A stretch of 32,000 bases of DNA from Candidatus Methylomirabilis oxygeniifera (GTDB lineage: Bacteria; Methylomirabilota; Methylomirabilia; Methylomirabilales; Methylomirabilaceae): NCBI GenBank assembly GCA_000091165.1, contig FP565575.1:240001-272000 (forward strand), given 5' to 3'. The position numbers and the translations under genes were made by a program. Positions within the stretch are counted from its first letter, which is position 1; the number at the start of each line of letters is the position of its first letter. Below are positions 20,573 through 29,295 of this stretch, one piece after another. Under the pieces are notes generated by a model. The model was not told the origin of the DNA and did no database searches. It saw only the letters and a program-made list of their open reading frames with translations.

Positions 20573-20935
20573 ATGAAGTGGGACATTGAGTTCCATCAGG
20601 ACTTCGATCCCGAGTTTGACGCGCTGCCCGAAGACGTGCAGGACGAAATCCGTGCCCTTGCCGGTGCACTCGAAGCAATAGGTCCCCTGCTCGGTAGGCC
20701 CCGCGTCGATACGCTCAACGGTTCTCGTTACGCGAATATGAAGGAACTGAGGGTCGATGCGTCTGACGGTGTCTGGCGCGTCGCCTTCGCCTTCGATCCC
20801 AGACGCAAGGCCGTTCTTCTGGCTGCTGGGGACAAATCAGGTGTCAGCGAAAAACGATTTTACCGGCAGCTTTTAGAGAAGGCCGACCGGAGATTTGATC
20901 ATCATCTCTCACGCATCAGGAAGGGAAGGGCTTAG
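20573..20935 (+). CDS. HigB/RelE-type toxin (phage-derived Gp49-like family)
   Basis: MKWDIEFHQDFDPEFDALPEDVQDEIRALAGALEAIGPLLGRPRVDTLNGSRYANMKELRVDASDGVWRVAFAFDPRRKAVLLAAGDKSG. Confidence 0.88.
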   Translation: MKWDIEFHQDFDPEFDALPEDVQDEIRALAGALEAIGPLLGRPRVDTLNGSRYANMKELRVDASDGVWRVAFAFDPRRKAVLLAAGDKSGVSEKRFYRQLLEKADRRFDHHLSRIRKGRA

Positions 20936-20937
20936 CC

Positions 20938-21299
20938 ATGGCGATCACACTGAAAGACAAAATGAAGGACCTCAGCCCCGCTCGGGGAAAGGCATCGAAG
21001 CGCGTACAGCAGAGCTGGTGAAGGAGCACATGACCTTACAGGAACTGCGGCGCGCCCGTAAGCTGACGCAGGTCAGAGTGGCTAAAGAACTCGGTATTAC
21101 CCAGGACAGCGTGTCGCGCCTTGAAAAGCGCAGCGACCTCCTGCTGTCCACGCTACGGAAGACTGTCCAGGCGATGGGCGGGACGCTGTCTCTTGTCGCG
21201 GAATTCCCTGACCGCCCGCCGGTCGCCCTGTCCGGCATCGCCGAAGACGATCCGACGCCCAAACCGGCAGGCCGGAAAGACGCGCACATCCATGCTTAG
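20938..21299 (+). pseudogene. HigA-type XRE-family antitoxin with apparent 1-nt deletion in G4 (20984-20987)
   Basis: ATG 20938 gives MAITLKDKMKDLSPARGKASKRVQQSW*. The HTH part (EARTAELVKEHMTLQELRRARKLTQVRVAKELGITQDSVSRLEKRSDLLLSTLRKTVQAMGGTLSLVAEFPD) is in the next frame. Adding one G gives a smooth MAITLKDKMKDLSPARGKGIEARTAELV. A shorter protein from an internal start remains possible. Confidence 0.75.
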
Positions 21300-21486
21300 A
21301 GGCCGGCAGACGAGGCGAAACGAAGGACAATAGGGACAGCGACTATTAAAATGAGAAACGATAAGAACGCCGACCGTCAAAATCAGCTGCCGCGCTTTTC
21401 ACGATGGGCCAATTTTGCGGTTGGCGGTAGTAGGCCGCTTTGTACGTGATTCGGACCCTCGCCCACGTCGGGGGTGAAGGCTAGGA

Positions 21487-21525
21487 CCCGTTGATCTCGG
21501 TGGGATTATCAAAGAGATCAACGGG
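21487..21525. repeat. Perfect 12-bp inverted repeat with 15-nt loop
   Basis: CCCGTTGATCTC (21487-21498) ... GAGATCAACGGG (21514-21525). Confidence 0.85.
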
Positions 21526-21608
21526 AGGCCTCTTGGGAGCCGCACGTGAGGCGCCAGAGTGGAAAATTGGTGATACTCACGCGCCCGCCACCGAGTGAGG
21601 TGTGGATT

Positions 21609-21741
21609 ACACCCCCGTAATCTTGAGCCTCTCGCCTTGGTCGCAGTGCCCTATTTCCCCTACGCTCGGTTTACTACCCTTCATCGAGGTGTCTTGGACC
21701 GGTATCCTGCTTGCGAGGCAACCGGCGATCATCGATTGGAA
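21609..21741. repeat. Diverged direct repeat, copy 2
   Basis: acacccccgtaatcttgagcctctcgc...ttggaccggtatcctgcttgcgaggcaaccggcgatcatcgattgga; aligns with 20227-20361. Confidence 0.85.
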
Positions 21742-21871
21742 TGGGTGGTGGATTTGATCGGGATACGCATCCTCAAAAGAAGCACTGCTGAATCATGTAT
21801 GGACCGAGCATGGACAGAGTGTGGACGCAGGCGACGGGTCGAGGGGAGCCGGACGGCTCACTGGCACCAAC

Positions 21872-21903
21872 AAAAAATCCTATCCCCGAAAAGAGATAGG
21901 ATT
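21872..21903 (-). terminator. Rho-independent terminator of ahcY
   Basis: Read on minus strand: AATCCTATC-TCTTTTCGGG-GATAGGATT followed by TTTTG; about 40 nt past the ahcY stop. A neighbouring perfect palindrome ATAGGATCCTAT lies at 21911-21922. Confidence 0.8.
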
Positions 21904-21940
21904 CAAAGGGATAGGATCCTATAGGCAATCTAATTGCCGA

Positions 21941-23389
21941 TTAATAACGATAATGATCCGGCTTATAGGGACCATCCGGAGAGATTCCGATATATTGAGC
22001 CTGCTTGGGACTCAACCGGGTCAGCTTGATTCCCAGTTTTTCCAAATGCAGTCGAGCGACTTCCTCATCCAGCTTTTTCGGTAAGGTATACACACCTATG
22101 GGTCGCGGATTGTTCCACAGATCGATCTGGGCCAAGGTCTGGTTGGTAAATGAATTCGACATGACGAAACTGGGATGACCTGTGGCACAACCCAGATTGA
22201 CAAGACGTCCTTGAGCCAGAAGATAGAGGGTCTTCCCATTGGGGAGTACATATTTATCAACCTGGGGCTTGATGTTGACGTGTTGCACACCCGGAAGGGA
22301 TTTCAATCCGGCCACATCGATTTCGCTGTCGAAATGCCCGATATTGCAAATGATACTTTCATCTTTCATCATCATCATGTGATCGACGGTAATGACATCC
22401 ACGTTACCGGTGGCGGTGACAAAAATATTTCCCACCCTGGCGGCATCTTCCATTACGGTGACTTCAAAGCCTTCCATCGCCGCTTGTAAAGCGTTGATGG
22501 GATCAATCTCCGTCACGATCACGCGCGCCCCGTAACTGCGCATGCTATGCGCGCACCCCTTCCCGACGTCTCCGTAGCCGGCTACGACCACCACTTTACC
22601 TGCGATCATCACATCGGTGGCGCGTTTGATACCGTCGGCCAATGATTCACGGCATCCGTACAGATTATCGAACTTGCTCTTGGTGACACTGTCGTTCACA
22701 TTAATGGCCGGCACCAACAGCTCCCCTTTGTCCATCATCTGATATAAACGATGGACGCCGGTGGTGGTTTCCTCCGACACGCCTTTCCACTCTTTGCTTA
22801 TACGGGTCCAAAGACCAGGATGGGACTTCAGGGTTTTTCTCAACAAGTTGAGAATACAGCCTTCCTCTTCGCTTTCCGGCGTTCGATCCAGGAAAGACGC
22901 GTCTTTTTCGGCTTTGACTCCCCAATGAATGAGCAGAGTAGCATCGCCACCATCATCCACAATAAGCTGGGGTCCCAGGACCTCACCGTGTTTGCCGGGG
23001 TGAACCAGCGCTCTAAAAGTACAGTCCCAATATTCTTCCAGGGTTTCACCTTTCCAGGCGAATACGGGAACTCCAGCCACAGCAATGGCTGCCGCCGCAT
23101 GGTCTTGGGTTGAAAAGATATTGCAAGAGGCCCAGCGAACATCCGCACCCAGGTCGACCAGGGTTTCGATCAATACGGCTGTTTGAATGGTCATATGCAG
23201 CGAACCGGTGATCCGGACGCCTTTGAGGGATTTCAATTTCCCGTACTTTTCACGCACCGCCATCAGGCCGGGCATTTCTTTTTCGGCGATTTCAATCTCT
23301 TTGCGACCAAAATCGGCCAAGGACAAATCCGCCACTTTGAAATCAGGCAAAGAGGATACGTTTTTTTCTGTTAACGTCTGCATGTTCAT
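21941..23389 (-). CDS. ahcY: S-adenosyl-L-homocysteine hydrolase
   Basis: [46 protein letters not shown]..., [45 protein letters not shown]-terminal PDHYRY. ATG at 23389 with AAGGA upstream. Confidence 0.98.
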   Translation of the reverse strand: MNMQTLTEKNVSSLPDFKVADLSLADFGRKEIEIAEKEMPGLMAVREKYGKLKSLKGVRITGSLHMTIQTAVLIETLVDLGADVRWASCNIFSTQDHAAAAIAVAGVPVFAWKGETLEEYWDCTFRALVHPGKHGEVLGPQLIVDDGGDATLLIHWGVKAEKDASFLDRTPESEEEGCILNLLRKTLKSHPGLWTRISKEWKGVSEETTTGVHRLYQMMDKGELLVPAINVNDSVTKSKFDNLYGCRESLADGIKRATDVMIAGKVVVVAGYGDVGKGCAHSMRSYGARVIVTEIDPINALQAAMEGFEVTVMEDAARVGNIFVTATGNVDVITVDHMMMMKDESIICNIGHFDSEIDVAGLKSLPGVQHVNIKPQVDKYVLPNGKTLYLLAQGRLVNLGCATGHPSFVMSNSFTNQTLAQIDLWNNPRPIGVYTLPKKLDEEVARLHLEKLGIKLTRLSPKQAQYIGISPDGPYKPDHYRY

Positions 23390-23551
23390 GTCCTTTTTAT
23401 AAAGAGTGCGAGGCGCCCCTATTTTAGTCCTCACCGGTCGCGCGGAACGCGGCGAGGGGAATTTCATTTTTTGATAAGGTATTGCTTCTGACGGGGGAAG
23501 TATAAGCAGCAACGGACTTGCGGTCAAGGCAATATTGGCCCCAAAATGTGG

Positions 23552-23608
23552 GGTGTAGCCATGCGAGCCCGCGGGATGGGCGCGAACGTCATCGTGACCG
23601 AGATCGAT
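23552..23608 (+). pseudogene. ahcY: Remnant of a second, different S-adenosylhomocysteine hydrolase gene
   Basis: Forward-strand [19 protein letters not shown], matching the NAD-binding segment of the 'GYGWCGRG(V/I)[17 protein letters not shown]' class; homology lost on both sides. Confidence 0.7.
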
Positions 23609-23750
23609 CTTCAGAGGAAGATGGCGATCCGTTCAGGCGCTACGATTTCGCGCCTCTCATCTCTAATGAATGTGCTATTCTGGGACATCTATTGCGGCCG
23701 TATGCTCTCTCCTCGCGAGAGGGCGAGTAGGTACCATTGGTAGGCTCAAC

Positions 23751-25598
23751 ATGCGGATTCTACAAGTCGTCCACCTGTTTCCTCCTGAACAGTCTGCGGG
23801 GACAGAGCGCTATACGCAGGCCCTGGCGCGAGGGCTTGTAGCGAGGGGCCACGAGTGTCTCGTGCTTGCCGGATCGACCGAGAGCGCCTCAGAGCCTGGG
23901 GTACTGGTCAGAGGTCAAGATAGCCTCACTGTAGCTCGGCTCGTTGGGGTTCGGCAGGGATCCGGATTCCGGGTTGATAGCTACAATGCCGCGGCTGACG
24001 GCCTGATCAGGACCGTTCTTGACCTCTGGCGACCGGATCTGGTCCATCTCCAGCATTGGTACCGGCTGACGGGGAATCTGGTGGCGATATGCGCGCAGGC
24101 CGGGATCCCGGCCGTCGTCACCCTGCATGACCAGTGGCTTGCCTGCCCGAGGTTTCACCGGGTCCGGCCGGATGGCACATTCTGCGCGGAGCAGGTTGTT
24201 CCCTGTATTGCCTGCATCGATCGCGACCCGTGGCAGACCGATCAGGAGATCGACCGGGAACAGGACGTGCGTGCGCGCCTCCTTGCAGAGGAACTCAGAC
24301 TGGCCGGATGTCTCCTCGTCCCCTCCGAGGCCCAGCGGCGATTCCTGAGCCGGATCGCCGATATCCCGCCGGATCGCCTTCAGGTCGTGCCGTTGGGCTC
24401 ACCCGTCGAGTGGCCTCAAGGGGCTGTAGAGGAGCGGCGGCCGGATGGGGAGGGTCCCCTCAGAATCGGCTACTGGGGATATCTTGCGCCCCTGAAGGGG
24501 GTCCATACGCTCCTGGAAGCTGCTCGCGTGCTGGCTGGGGAATCCGACAGTCGCTTCGAGTGGCATCTCCTCGGGAGTTCCACCGACTCGATGTACGATG
24601 AAAAGCTCCGGACGTTGGCGGAAGGGCTTCCGGTCACCTTTCACGGCCCGTACCTCCACAGCGACGTCGCCGCTCTGGATTTCGATGTTGCCGTGTTTCC
24701 GTCGCTGTGCTATGAAACATACTCGTTTGTCCTCGATGAGGCCTTCCAGCTTGGACTGCCGGTGCTCGTACCGGATCGTGGGGCGCCGGCCGACCGTATC
24801 GGAGGGCGAGGTATGACCTTCCGGGCGGGCGATCCCCACGACCTGGCGCAGCGACTCCGATTCCTTCTTCAGGAGCCGCACCGGCTCGAGGAGATGCGCC
24901 ATAGCCTGCCCAGTGGAGGGGTTGTGACGATGGATGCGCACGCGCGAGACCTGGAGAAGATCTATCGCGAGACCTCAGTGTTGAAGCCTCCATCCTCCGA
25001 TGAGGCGGCCACATACCGGGTGCTGCTTACGCATCGGGAGCAGCAACTGGCCGATCGGGAGCAGCGGCTCTCCGAGCAGCAACGACACATCGAGGAGCTC
25101 ATGGCCGATCGGGAGCAGCGGCTCTCCGAGCAGCAACGACACATCGAGGAGCTCATGGCCGATCGGGAGCAGCGGCTCTCCGAGCAGCAACGACACATCG
25201 AGGAGCTCATGGCCGATCTCGCCGCACGGAATGAGAGTCTCCATGTCCAACATGAGGAGGCGGAGCGATTACAGGTCGGACTGGCCGATCTGGAGCGACT
25301 CCTCGCCGCCGCGCGCACGGATCTTGACGTGAGAGTCGCCGAGACCGAGGCAGCGCGGGCCGCGCTGGAGGCCAGGAACCGGGAGGCGGCCGAACTGCAC
25401 GCGCAGACAGTGGCGCAAGACGGGCTCCTCCTCGAACTGCAGGCGAGCTTGGCAGCCCGAACGCAAGAGGCTGACGGTCTGCGGCGTGAGGCGGAAGAGT
25501 CCGATCGCCTGCTTCTGGAGGCACGGCAGTCGATACTGGGATCGCTGGATGCCAAGCTTAAGGGTGTGGTGAGGCGGATCGGCGGGAAGGACCGGTAA
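23751..25598 (+). CDS. Glycosyltransferase family 4 with long C-terminal coiled-coil
   Basis: MRILQVVHLFPPEQSAGTERYTQALARGLVARGHE, GYWGYLAPLKGVHTLLEAA, FPSLCYETYSFVLDEAFQLGLPVL; about 200 aa Glu/Arg/Leu/Gln-rich coiled-coil tail. ATG 23751 preferred over 23670. Confidence 0.9.
   Translation: MRILQVVHLFPPEQSAGTERYTQALARGLVARGHECLVLAGSTESASEPGVLVRGQDSLTVARLVGVRQGSGFRVDSYNAAADGLIRTVLDLWRPDLVHLQHWYRLTGNLVAICAQAGIPAVVTLHDQWLACPRFHRVRPDGTFCAEQVVPCIACIDRDPWQTDQEIDREQDVRARLLAEELRLAGCLLVPSEAQRRFLSRIADIPPDRLQVVPLGSPVEWPQGAVEERRPDGEGPLRIGYWGYLAPLKGVHTLLEAARVLAGESDSRFEWHLLGSSTDSMYDEKLRTLAEGLPVTFHGPYLHSDVAALDFDVAVFPSLCYETYSFVLDEAFQLGLPVLVPDRGAPADRIGGRGMTFRAGDPHDLAQRLRFLLQEPHRLEEMRHSLPSGGVVTMDAHARDLEKIYRETSVLKPPSSDEAATYRVLLTHREQQLADREQRLSEQQRHIEELMADREQRLSEQQRHIEELMADREQRLSEQQRHIEELMADLAARNESLHVQHEEAERLQVGLADLERLLAAARTDLDVRVAETEAARAALEARNREAAELHAQTVAQDGLLLELQASLAARTQEADGLRREAEESDRLLLEARQSILGSLDAKLKGVVRRIGGKDR
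25053..25214 (+). repeat. Three perfect 54-bp tandem repeats (18 aa each) in coding sequence
   Basis: (gatcgggagcagcggctctccgagcagcaacgacacatcgaggagctcatggcc)x3, encoding DREQRLSEQQRHIEELMA x3; copies at 25053, 25107 and 25161. Confidence 0.97.
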
Positions 25599-25621
25599 AT
25601 GGTAATGGGTGGTGATCGGCG

Positions 25622-27202
25622 ATGAGGATCGGCATTTATAATCACTGGCTGTCCACGCTGGGTGGAGGCGAGAAGGTGACTGCGGCGATGGCTGAAGCGC
25701 TCAGTCATCATTATCAGGTAGACCTTATTGGTCCGGAGCGGGTCCCGAGATCGCAGATCGAAGATCGCATCAACGTGGATCTGGGCAAGGTTGATGTCAA
25801 GGTCATCAACATCATGGAGCGGACGCCGTCCTTCACCAAAGAGTACGATCTGTTCATCAATGCCACACACGGGGCCATTCTGCCGACCATGTGCAAGCGG
25901 AATATCCTCTATGTGTACTTTCCGATCAGACTGGTCGGCGGATCGCTGCTCAAGCGGACACTCAAAGCGTTCCTGTTCCGCCGGTTTCGGTATGGACATC
26001 CTCTCGAAGGGCTCTATCCTGCAGACCGGGCTCAGGGAACGGTCTTATGGTGGACAGGACCGTACGCCAATCTCCGGGTGCCGCTGCCGAAGTCCTCTCA
26101 TCCGCTTGCCCTTGAGCTGACGATTCGCGGCTATCGAACCGCCCACGCCTCACCGGCTCGGATCCGCCTGAGAATCTGCGGTGAGGAGGTCTCAGAGGCG
26201 CTGCCTGCGCTCTCGCCTCACGACTTCAGTCGCATCCGCATCCCGATCCCGAGGCACGGGACGCAGCAGGAGTGCATCGAGGCCGAAATCTTTGCGGATA
26301 CCTTTTGCCCGGCCACCGAGGGATCTTCGACTGATGTGCGGGAGCTTGGTGTCATGCTGGGGTGGGCGCGATCGACAAACGGCTTTGAGCCTCTTCACTG
26401 GCTCCTCTCGAAGCTCATTCCGGACGTTGACATGCGACTTCAGAATCAGGTCGAACTTCTCTCCGGCCAACTGCACCTGGAGCGCTACCAAACCATCTGC
26501 GCCGTCTCACGGTACACTCAGCGCTGGATCGAGCGGTACTGGAGGCGGGAGAGCGACCTGCTCTATCCGCCCGTCGACGGCGCGTCCGGCGAGACGCGCG
26601 CGAAGCGGAACGTCATCTTGAGCGTCGGTCGTTTCTTTGACGGGCATCACAACAAGAAGCACTTTGAGATGGTCAAGGCATTTCAGGAGATGTGCGATGC
26701 CGGGCTCAGGGGATGGGAGCTGATCCTGGTCGGCGGGACCCACGGGGAGGAGATCCACCAGACCTACCTTGAGCGGCTGAAGCAGGCCTGCGTGGGATAT
26801 CCCATCTCGATCCTCACCGATATCCCTTTCGTCACGATCAAGGAGCTGTATGCCACGAGCGCGCTGTACTGGCATGCCACCGGTTATGACGAGGATGAAT
26901 CGAGGGTCCCTGAGCGGCTTGAGCATTTCGGCATGGCCACGGTCGAGGCGATGGCGGCGGGGTGCGTGCCGGTAGTGATCGGAAAGGCCGGGCAGATCGA
27001 GATCATCGAGGACGGCCGAAGCGGTTTTCTCTGGAATACGCTGGATGACCTGAAGCGGCATTCCCTCACACTGATCCGCGATGAACGCCTGAGACGGCGT
27101 CTTGCCGAGGGCGCCGTCACGCGAAGTCGCGACTTCAGTCGGGACGTCTTTGTCGCGAACGTGTTGAAAACGGTTGAGCGAACCCTCTCCAAGCCGGCGT
27201 GA
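25622..27202 (+). CDS. Glycosyltransferase family 4
   Basis: MRIGIYNHWLSTLGGGEKVTAAMAEALSHHYQVDLI; ILSVGRFFDGHHNKKHFEMVKAFQEM; WHATGYDEDESRVPERLEHFGMATVEAMAAGCVPVVI. Confidence 0.9.
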   Translation: MRIGIYNHWLSTLGGGEKVTAAMAEALSHHYQVDLIGPERVPRSQIEDRINVDLGKVDVKVINIMERTPSFTKEYDLFINATHGAILPTMCKRNILYVYFPIRLVGGSLLKRTLKAFLFRRFRYGHPLEGLYPADRAQGTVLWWTGPYANLRVPLPKSSHPLALELTIRGYRTAHASPARIRLRICGEEVSEALPALSPHDFSRIRIPIPRHGTQQECIEAEIFADTFCPATEGSSTDVRELGVMLGWARSTNGFEPLHWLLSKLIPDVDMRLQNQVELLSGQLHLERYQTICAVSRYTQRWIERYWRRESDLLYPPVDGASGETRAKRNVILSVGRFFDGHHNKKHFEMVKAFQEMCDAGLRGWELILVGGTHGEEIHQTYLERLKQACVGYPISILTDIPFVTIKELYATSALYWHATGYDEDESRVPERLEHFGMATVEAMAAGCVPVVIGKAGQIEIIEDGRSGFLWNTLDDLKRHSLTLIRDERLRRRLAEGAVTRSRDFSRDVFVANVLKTVERTLSKPA

Positions 27203-27236
27203 GCCTCCGCCGCGCGGATCTGGGGGGGGCAGTCTG

Positions 27237-29237
27237 ATGATGACCTGGGAGGGTAAGGGGTGGAGGGCGTATGCCAACTTTCTTCTCGTGAGATTTCAGC
27301 GCAGCCGGAAGAGCACACGAGTGTATGGCCGCCCCTATGCATTGACCCTGGATCCCTCGAGCTACTGTAATCTTCGCTGCCCCTTCTGTCCCACCGGCCA
27401 GCGAAATCACCTGCGTTCCTCCGCGCACCTTCCCCTCGATCGCTTCAAGCGCCTGATGGACGAGCTGGGTCCGTACCTGTTCTGGGTGGAACTGTACAAT
27501 TGGGGCGAACCCTTTCTCAACCGCGACCTTATTCCGATGCTCGAGTATATGGCGCGCTACCGGATCGCGTCGGTTATCAGCACCAATCTTGATTTTCCGC
27601 TCTCTGAGGAGTTGATCGAACAGCTTGTGGCGAGCGGTTTATCGACGCTCATCGTCTCGGCGGACGGGGTCTCGCAGGAGGCATACGAACGGTATCGGGT
27701 CGGCGGACACCTCGAGCGGGTCCTGGGCAACATGAAGATGATTGCGGCGGCGAAGCAGCGGGTTGGGTCGGCCGTCCCAAGGATCGTCTGGAGGTTCCTC
27801 GTCTTCCGCCACAACGAGCATGAGATCGAACAGGCCAGAAGCATGGCCGAGGAGATGGGGGTCGAGCTTGAGCTGGGCGCCCCGTACGTGGCGATTGCGC
27901 AGGAGTCGTACCGCGACTGGATCTCAACCATTCCTCAGTTCAACCTCTACCCCTCGGTGACGTCCGGGGTTCAGACGGAGCCTGCTCCCCCCGCTCAGCC
28001 AAACCCGGCCTCCGATGCCTGCGACTGGCTCTGGATGTCGGCGGCGGTCAATGCCAACGAATCGGTGTCCCCCTGTTGCGGCATCTGGGAGGAGCGCCAC
28101 GATTTCGGCCGGATCGGCGCGGGAGGATTTCGGACGCTGTGGAACGGTGAAAGCTACCGTGCCGCCCGTACGTTTATGCGAATCGGCGTCTCAAGCGGAT
28201 TGAATTTGATCTGCGAACAGTGCCCTTTCCCGAATCTCTGGAAACACGCCTCTCATTTCGATCCGTTGATCCTGGAGAGTTTTTCGACGCGCCTCCCGGG
28301 ATTCATGAGGAATACCGTGCTCCGATGGGTGGGGGCGGAGTCATCGTCGTCTACTCAACGGAAGAAGAAGGAAAGAGCGGGGGATCATCGCCTTCAGCGA
28401 TCCCGGATCTACCCGCTGATACCGGCGCCCTCCTCCTGGATGGAGTCGCTCATGGTCAGGTGCCGACGCGGGGGGATCGCTTTCTGCCCTGTATGCGGCA
28501 GGTATGGGACGCTGACCGTCGAACACGACAATCTCCGCGAAACTGTCCGGTGTTCCCGCTGCGGAGCGGTCAACCGGCAACGCCAGCTTGCGCACGTGGC
28601 CTGCGCAAGTCTCTCGACGGTTCTGGGGTATAAGATCACGTCGCTGAGGCAGCTTGCCTCCGATGACGAGATTGTGATCTACAATATGAAGGCCGGCGGT
28701 CCGGTTCATGTCGCCTTATCCGGGGCCAGACGCTACCTGTGCGGCGAGTATATCGGTCCGGAGTATCAAATCGGCGCCATCGTGAATGGGGTGGTGCATC
28801 AGGATCCGGCGCGGCTGCCGTATCCCGACGGCAGCATCGATCTGGTCCTCTCGTCGGACGTGTTCGGACATATCCCGCATCCGTACGCGGCTCATCGCGA
28901 GGTCTACCGGGTGTTGCGAGAGGGCGGACGCCATATATTCACCGTCCCGTTCTACCAGACTGAGTTCTCCGATGAGACCCGGGTGACGGTCGGCGAGGAC
29001 GGGGCCCCTCTCTTCGTCAGAGAGCCGCTCTATCACCATGATCCGATCCGGCCGGGCCGGACAGCCCTGGTCTACACGATCTTCGCGTTGGAGATGCTGC
29101 TGAAGCTGGATCAGATCGGGTTCAGGACGAATCTGTATCGGCTGCGAAAGCCGTTGCGTGGCCTCCCGGGTCAGAACGGGCTCGTATTCGAGGCCGTGAA
29201 GGTCGCCGCCGGAGACGCGGGGTTTCGACTTCCCTGA
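27237..29237 (+). CDS. Fusion: radical SAM/SPASM-like protein + zinc-ribbon class I SAM-dependent methyltransferase
   Basis: CNLRCPFCPTG (CxxxCxxC), SVSPCCG...CEQCPF; C-terminal FCPVCGRYGTL..VRCSRCG zinc-ribbon and RLPYPDGSIDLVLSSDVFGHIPHPYAAHREVYRVLREGGRHIFTVPF. ATG 27237/27240 preferred over 27174. Confidence 0.85.
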   Translation: MMTWEGKGWRAYANFLLVRFQRSRKSTRVYGRPYALTLDPSSYCNLRCPFCPTGQRNHLRSSAHLPLDRFKRLMDELGPYLFWVELYNWGEPFLNRDLIPMLEYMARYRIASVISTNLDFPLSEELIEQLVASGLSTLIVSADGVSQEAYERYRVGGHLERVLGNMKMIAAAKQRVGSAVPRIVWRFLVFRHNEHEIEQARSMAEEMGVELELGAPYVAIAQESYRDWISTIPQFNLYPSVTSGVQTEPAPPAQPNPASDACDWLWMSAAVNANESVSPCCGIWEERHDFGRIGAGGFRTLWNGESYRAARTFMRIGVSSGLNLICEQCPFPNLWKHASHFDPLILESFSTRLPGFMRNTVLRWVGAESSSSTQRKKKERAGDHRLQRSRIYPLIPAPSSWMESLMVRCRRGGIAFCPVCGRYGTLTVEHDNLRETVRCSRCGAVNRQRQLAHVACASLSTVLGYKITSLRQLASDDEIVIYNMKAGGPVHVALSGARRYLCGEYIGPEYQIGAIVNGVVHQDPARLPYPDGSIDLVLSSDVFGHIPHPYAAHREVYRVLREGGRHIFTVPFYQTEFSDETRVTVGEDGAPLFVREPLYHHDPIRPGRTALVYTIFALEMLLKLDQIGFRTNLYRLRKPLRGLPGQNGLVFEAVKVAAGDAGFRLP

Positions 29238-29295
29238 TGCGCCGAGCCGTATCGATCCCCCCGGATCCGTCGGAGGCAGTCAGCGCGGAGACGCG

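Noticed and set aside
23390-23545. SAH or SAM riboswitch upstream of ahcY
   Set aside because: I could not match known SAH/SAM riboswitch core motifs by eye; only an RBS is clear. An Rfam/Infernal scan would decide.
25053-25214. Possible CRISPR array
   Set aside because: Contiguous 54-bp tandem repeats with no spacers, in frame in a coiled-coil CDS.
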